From assembly GCA_050246315.1 (NCBI GenBank), contig JBFWWG010000007.1, positions 96,001-160,000 on the forward strand: a DNA stretch of 64,000 nt. The letters run 5' to 3'. The position numbers were made by a program, and so were the translations under genes. The stretch's first letter is position 1, and every line of letters begins with the position of its first letter. This document shows positions 60,921-64,000 of this stretch, piece by piece. Origin of the DNA: Nitrospiraceae bacterium. GTDB lineage: Bacteria > Nitrospirota > Nitrospiria > Nitrospirales > Nitrospiraceae. Below the pieces are notes generated by a model. The model worked only from the letters and a program-made list of their open reading frames with translations, was not told the origin of the DNA and searched no databases.

Positions 60921-61004
60921 AGTGCTGAGTGCTAAGTGCTCAGTCCCGACTCCTGAGTCTGAGGATCGTTGCGCCTCAGCACCGAGCACTCATCGCTCAG
61001 CACT
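60921..61004. repeat. Heptamer (AGTGCTG/CTCAGCA) inverted tandem array
   Basis: Forward heptamers followed by complementary heptamers between ilvB and ilvN; same unit as at 5412. Confidence 0.75.
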
Positions 61005-61008
61005 TCCT

Positions 61009-62784
61009 TTACGCGGTCAGCACCGTATCCTTGTCTTCCGGCAGAGCCTTCCCCGCCGCTTCCTGCTTCTGCTTGAGCTCGGGCGAATCGCTCAAGAGCA
61101 TTTCGTGGTTGCATCCGCCCGCGGGAATCATCGGGTAACAATTCTCGAACGGATAGGTCGGCACGTCCAGGATCACCGGCTTATCAATGTCGATCGCCTC
61201 GCGGATCGCCCCGTCCAACTCGGAGACCTTCGCGGCCCGAAGCCCCACGGCCCCATAGGCTTCAGCCAACTTCACGAAGTCCGGCGAAGTGCCGAGATCA
61301 CTACAGGCATACCGCCCTTCGTAGAAGAGGTCCTGCCACTGCCGGACCATCCCATGAAATCCATTGTTGATGACGACGATCTTGACCGGCAGCTTATGCG
61401 CTACCGCCGTGGCCAACTCTTGGGTATTCATCTGGACACTGCCGTCTCCGGCCACGCAGAGCACCAGCCGGTCTCGAAAGGCCGCTTGCGCGCCCATCGC
61501 CGCCGGGAATCCGAAACCCATCGTACCCAAGCCACCGGAGGTCAGCCACCGATTGGGGTTCGCCAACTTGAAGTATTGGGCGGTCCACATCTGATGTTGC
61601 CCTACGTCCGTCGAGACGATCGGATCTCGATCCTTGGTCAGCTCATAGAGCCGCTTGATCACATGCTGCGGCTTGATCTTCCCGTTTTGGTCCTGCTCAT
61701 AGGTCAAGGGATGCGCCTGCTGCCATTCCTTGATCTGATCCCACCAGGGCTTGCGCAGGTCCTTTTGCTCGCCGTTGACCGTCGCCCGAAGGATCTGATT
61801 GAGTTCCTGCAGCACGCGCTTACAGTCGCCCACGATCGGAATATCGACGTGAATGTTCTTGCGAATCGAGGTCGGATCGATATCGATATGAATGATCTTG
61901 GCGAAGGGACAGAATTCCGACACCTTGCCCGTGACCCGATCGTCAAACCGAGCGCCCACGGCGATGACGAGATCGGAATAGTGCATGGCCATGTTGGCCC
62001 AGTAGGTGCCATGCATGCCCAACATGCCCATCGAAAGAGGATGCTCTCCCGGAAACACGCCGAGCCCCATCAAGGTCATATCGACCGGAATCTGCGTCAG
62101 CTCCGCCAGTTCGAGCAACTCTTTGGAGGCTCCCGAATAGGTTGCGCCGCCGCCGACGTACAGAACCGGCTTTTTGGCCTTCATGATAGCGTCGGCTGCC
62201 TGCTTGATCTGCCACTTGTTGCCGTCATAGGTCGGGTTATAACCGCGGATCGCCACGGACGACGGGTAGTGGAATTCGGCCTTGTTCATGGACACGTCTT
62301 TGGGAATGTCCACGAGCACAGGGCCTGGCCTACCGGTCGTGGCAATATAAAACGCTTCCTTAATCGTCACGGCCAAATCGTTCACGTCCTTCACGAGAAA
62401 ATTGTACTTGGTACAGGGCCGGCTGAGCCCCACATTGTCGGCTTCTTGGAAGGCATCGTTACCGATCAAACTGGTCGGCACCTGCCCACTGAAACAAACC
62501 AAGGGCACCGAATCCATGTAGGCATCCGCCAGGGCCGTGATCACGTTCGTCATGCCTGGCCCGGATGTCACGAGCGCCACGCCTGCCCGCCCGGTCGCCT
62601 TGGCATAGCCCTCGGCCATGTGTCCAGCTCCCTGCTCGTGCCGAGTCAAGATGACCTCAACGTCCTTCTGCTGGTGCAGCATGTCGAAAATCTTCAGTAC
62701 GACGCCGCCGGGAAGGGCAAAGATGGTCTTCACCCCCTCGCGCTTGAGTGATTCGATGAAAATCTCCGCTCCTGTGAGCTTCAT
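61009..62784 (-). CDS. ilvB: Acetolactate synthase large subunit
   Basis: RHEQGA, TSGPG, DVGQHQMW, SGGLGTMG and GDGS. Confidence 0.97.
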   Translation of the reverse strand: MKLTGAEIFIESLKREGVKTIFALPGGVVLKIFDMLHQQKDVEVILTRHEQGAGHMAEGYAKATGRAGVALVTSGPGMTNVITALADAYMDSVPLVCFSGQVPTSLIGNDAFQEADNVGLSRPCTKYNFLVKDVNDLAVTIKEAFYIATTGRPGPVLVDIPKDVSMNKAEFHYPSSVAIRGYNPTYDGNKWQIKQAADAIMKAKKPVLYVGGGATYSGASKELLELAELTQIPVDMTLMGLGVFPGEHPLSMGMLGMHGTYWANMAMHYSDLVIAVGARFDDRVTGKVSEFCPFAKIIHIDIDPTSIRKNIHVDIPIVGDCKRVLQELNQILRATVNGEQKDLRKPWWDQIKEWQQAHPLTYEQDQNGKIKPQHVIKRLYELTKDRDPIVSTDVGQHQMWTAQYFKLANPNRWLTSGGLGTMGFGFPAAMGAQAAFRDRLVLCVAGDGSVQMNTQELATAVAHKLPVKIVVINNGFHGMVRQWQDLFYEGRYACSDLGTSPDFVKLAEAYGAVGLRAAKVSELDGAIREAIDIDKPVILDVPTYPFENCYPMIPAGGCNHEMLLSDSPELKQKQEAAGKALPEDKDTVLTA

Positions 62785-63000
62785 GTATAAATCCTCCCCC
62801 TCAAGTGAAACAGCCGGGATAGAGCTTCACGGCTCTCCCACAAGTGAGTGACAGACTGTCGAATTCTTATTGGAAAATAGGAGTTTAAGGGGTGGGATCT
62901 TATCACTCGTTCAGGACCCTGGTCAATACCAGGACCTTCGCCCTCCCCTGAGCCGACTTCCTTCCTCCCGGTACAGCGTCATGGTACAGTGCATTCCGCC

Positions 63001-63324
63001 ATGGCCTCCGAAAAGAAAGAACTGCTGATCTTCAGCCGCACGGGATGTCACCTCTGCGACGTGGTGGAAAAGATGGCTCGTCGTTTACAGAATGACCTTC
63101 ACCTGGAGATCTCCAAGCGCAATGTCGAGGAAGATGCCGCCCTCCTTCGGCGCTATGGCGACCGGATTCCGGTGGTGGTGCTGGATCGGGTTGAAGTTTG
63201 TAGTGGACCGATCACTCAACCGGCGCTGCGAGCAGCCATCGCGCAGGCCGGGAAGAAGGCGCGTTGGAGAAAGCCTATAAGCCGGATTCTGTCCCGCCTG
63301 AGTGAAGCACTCAGCCGGGGATGA
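63001..63324 (+). CDS. Glutaredoxin-like protein (DUF836)
   Basis: R.GCHLCD and YG.RIPV. Confidence 0.8.
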   Translation: MASEKKELLIFSRTGCHLCDVVEKMARRLQNDLHLEISKRNVEEDAALLRRYGDRIPVVVLDRVEVCSGPITQPALRAAIAQAGKKARWRKPISRILSRLSEALSRG

Positions 63325-63670
63325 TCATTTCTCTGGGATGCGGGTTGCCCCGCACCTCAAGCGACCTACCCGAGGACCTCGGCCGGGCCAGCCTTGCGGC
63401 ACTCAAGGTGCCTCGTCCCCCTATTTGGCCTTGCTCCGGGCGACGCTTACCGTGCCGTTGATGTCGCCACCAACGCGGTGAGCTCTTACCTCACCGTTTC
63501 ACCCTTACCTGATCTGTACGAACGATCGCACAGCCATCGGCGGTTTGATTTCTGTGGCGCCGGTGTCGGATCGCTCCGCCTGGGTGTTACCCAGCGCCCT
63601 GCCCCTGGAGTCCGGACTTTCCTCCGGTGAGCTTGCGCTCCCCAGCGATCACCCGGCTTTCTTCAACGCG
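63261..63670 (-). ncRNA. rnpB: RNase P RNA (bacterial type A)
   Basis: Minus strand: GAGGAAAGTCCGGACTCC, GGTAAGGGTGAAACGGTG and ACAGAATCCGGCTTA; complementary 5' and 3' ends; TATACT upstream. Confidence 0.96.
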
Positions 63671-63737
63671 TGGCATAGTATACGAGTGATGAAGGAGACG
63701 CTGCAAACAACGGCGGCCCGAGACCGCCGGCGTCTAT

Positions 63738-64000
63738 TTAGAATCGCGGCAACTTGAAAAATGACGCTTCGGCCTTATTCTGGATCTCGTTCAGCTCCTC
63801 CTCTGGAAGCCTCGCCAAGACCGGTGCCAGTCGTTTGAGTTCTTCGACCGTCATGGTGCAGGCCTCACATCGCCCCATATAGACCGTACCATCATCGCTG
63901 GCCGAGAGGATCCATTTGCCGTCGGGACTGAACTCCACGGAGTTTACCCCTTCACTGTGCCGACGCAACACAGCAAGCTGTTTGGTTGTCGTCGCATCCC
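63738..64000 (-). CDS. WD40-repeat protein, C-terminal end (partial)
   Basis: DATTTKQLAVLRRHSEGVNSVEFSPDGKWILSASDDGTV; the frame is open to the window edge. Confidence 0.85.
   Translation of the reverse strand, partial: DATTTKQLAVLRRHSEGVNSVEFSPDGKWILSASDDGTVYMGRCEACTMTVEELKRLAPVLARLPEEELNEIQNKAEASFFKLPRF

Overview
A GC-rich chromosomal window whose gene content and intergenic repeat families point to a Nitrospira-like (Nitrospirota) bacterium; this assignment is inference. The left end (1-6 kb) holds the start of a RelA/SpoT-domain gene, an array of hairpin repeats and general housekeeping genes. A ~30 kb iron/metal island follows (6.2-36.4 kb). It contains fur-fbpABC, exbB-exbD-tonB, a FecA-like TonB-dependent receptor, a phage Mu Com-like zinc-ribbon gene followed by a strong terminator and an HD-GYP gene, a diheme cytochrome c peroxidase-family lipoprotein, a duplicated AraC/adaptor block with a MacAB-like ABC exporter, and two pseudogenes. 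It also carries a module of two exported CbiX/SirB-type chelatase-like proteins, a PepSY-TM protein, a plug-only lipoprotein, a second TonB and a second receptor. The island ends in a pair of bacterioferritins with complementary motif losses. Four Fur-box-like palindromes can be read directly from the sequence. The right half is core genome on the minus strand: topA, dprA, rng, rodA, mrdA, mreBCD, queA, spoIID, asd, leuB, leuA (with a Leu-specifier T-box), pssA, psd, ilvC, ilvN, ilvB, rnpB and a partial WD40 gene. The best candidates for undescribed systems are (i) the periplasmic chelatase + TonB uptake module and (ii) the Com-like protein/terminator/HD-GYP regulatory cassette. All product calls come from motif recognition by eye, with no database searches.
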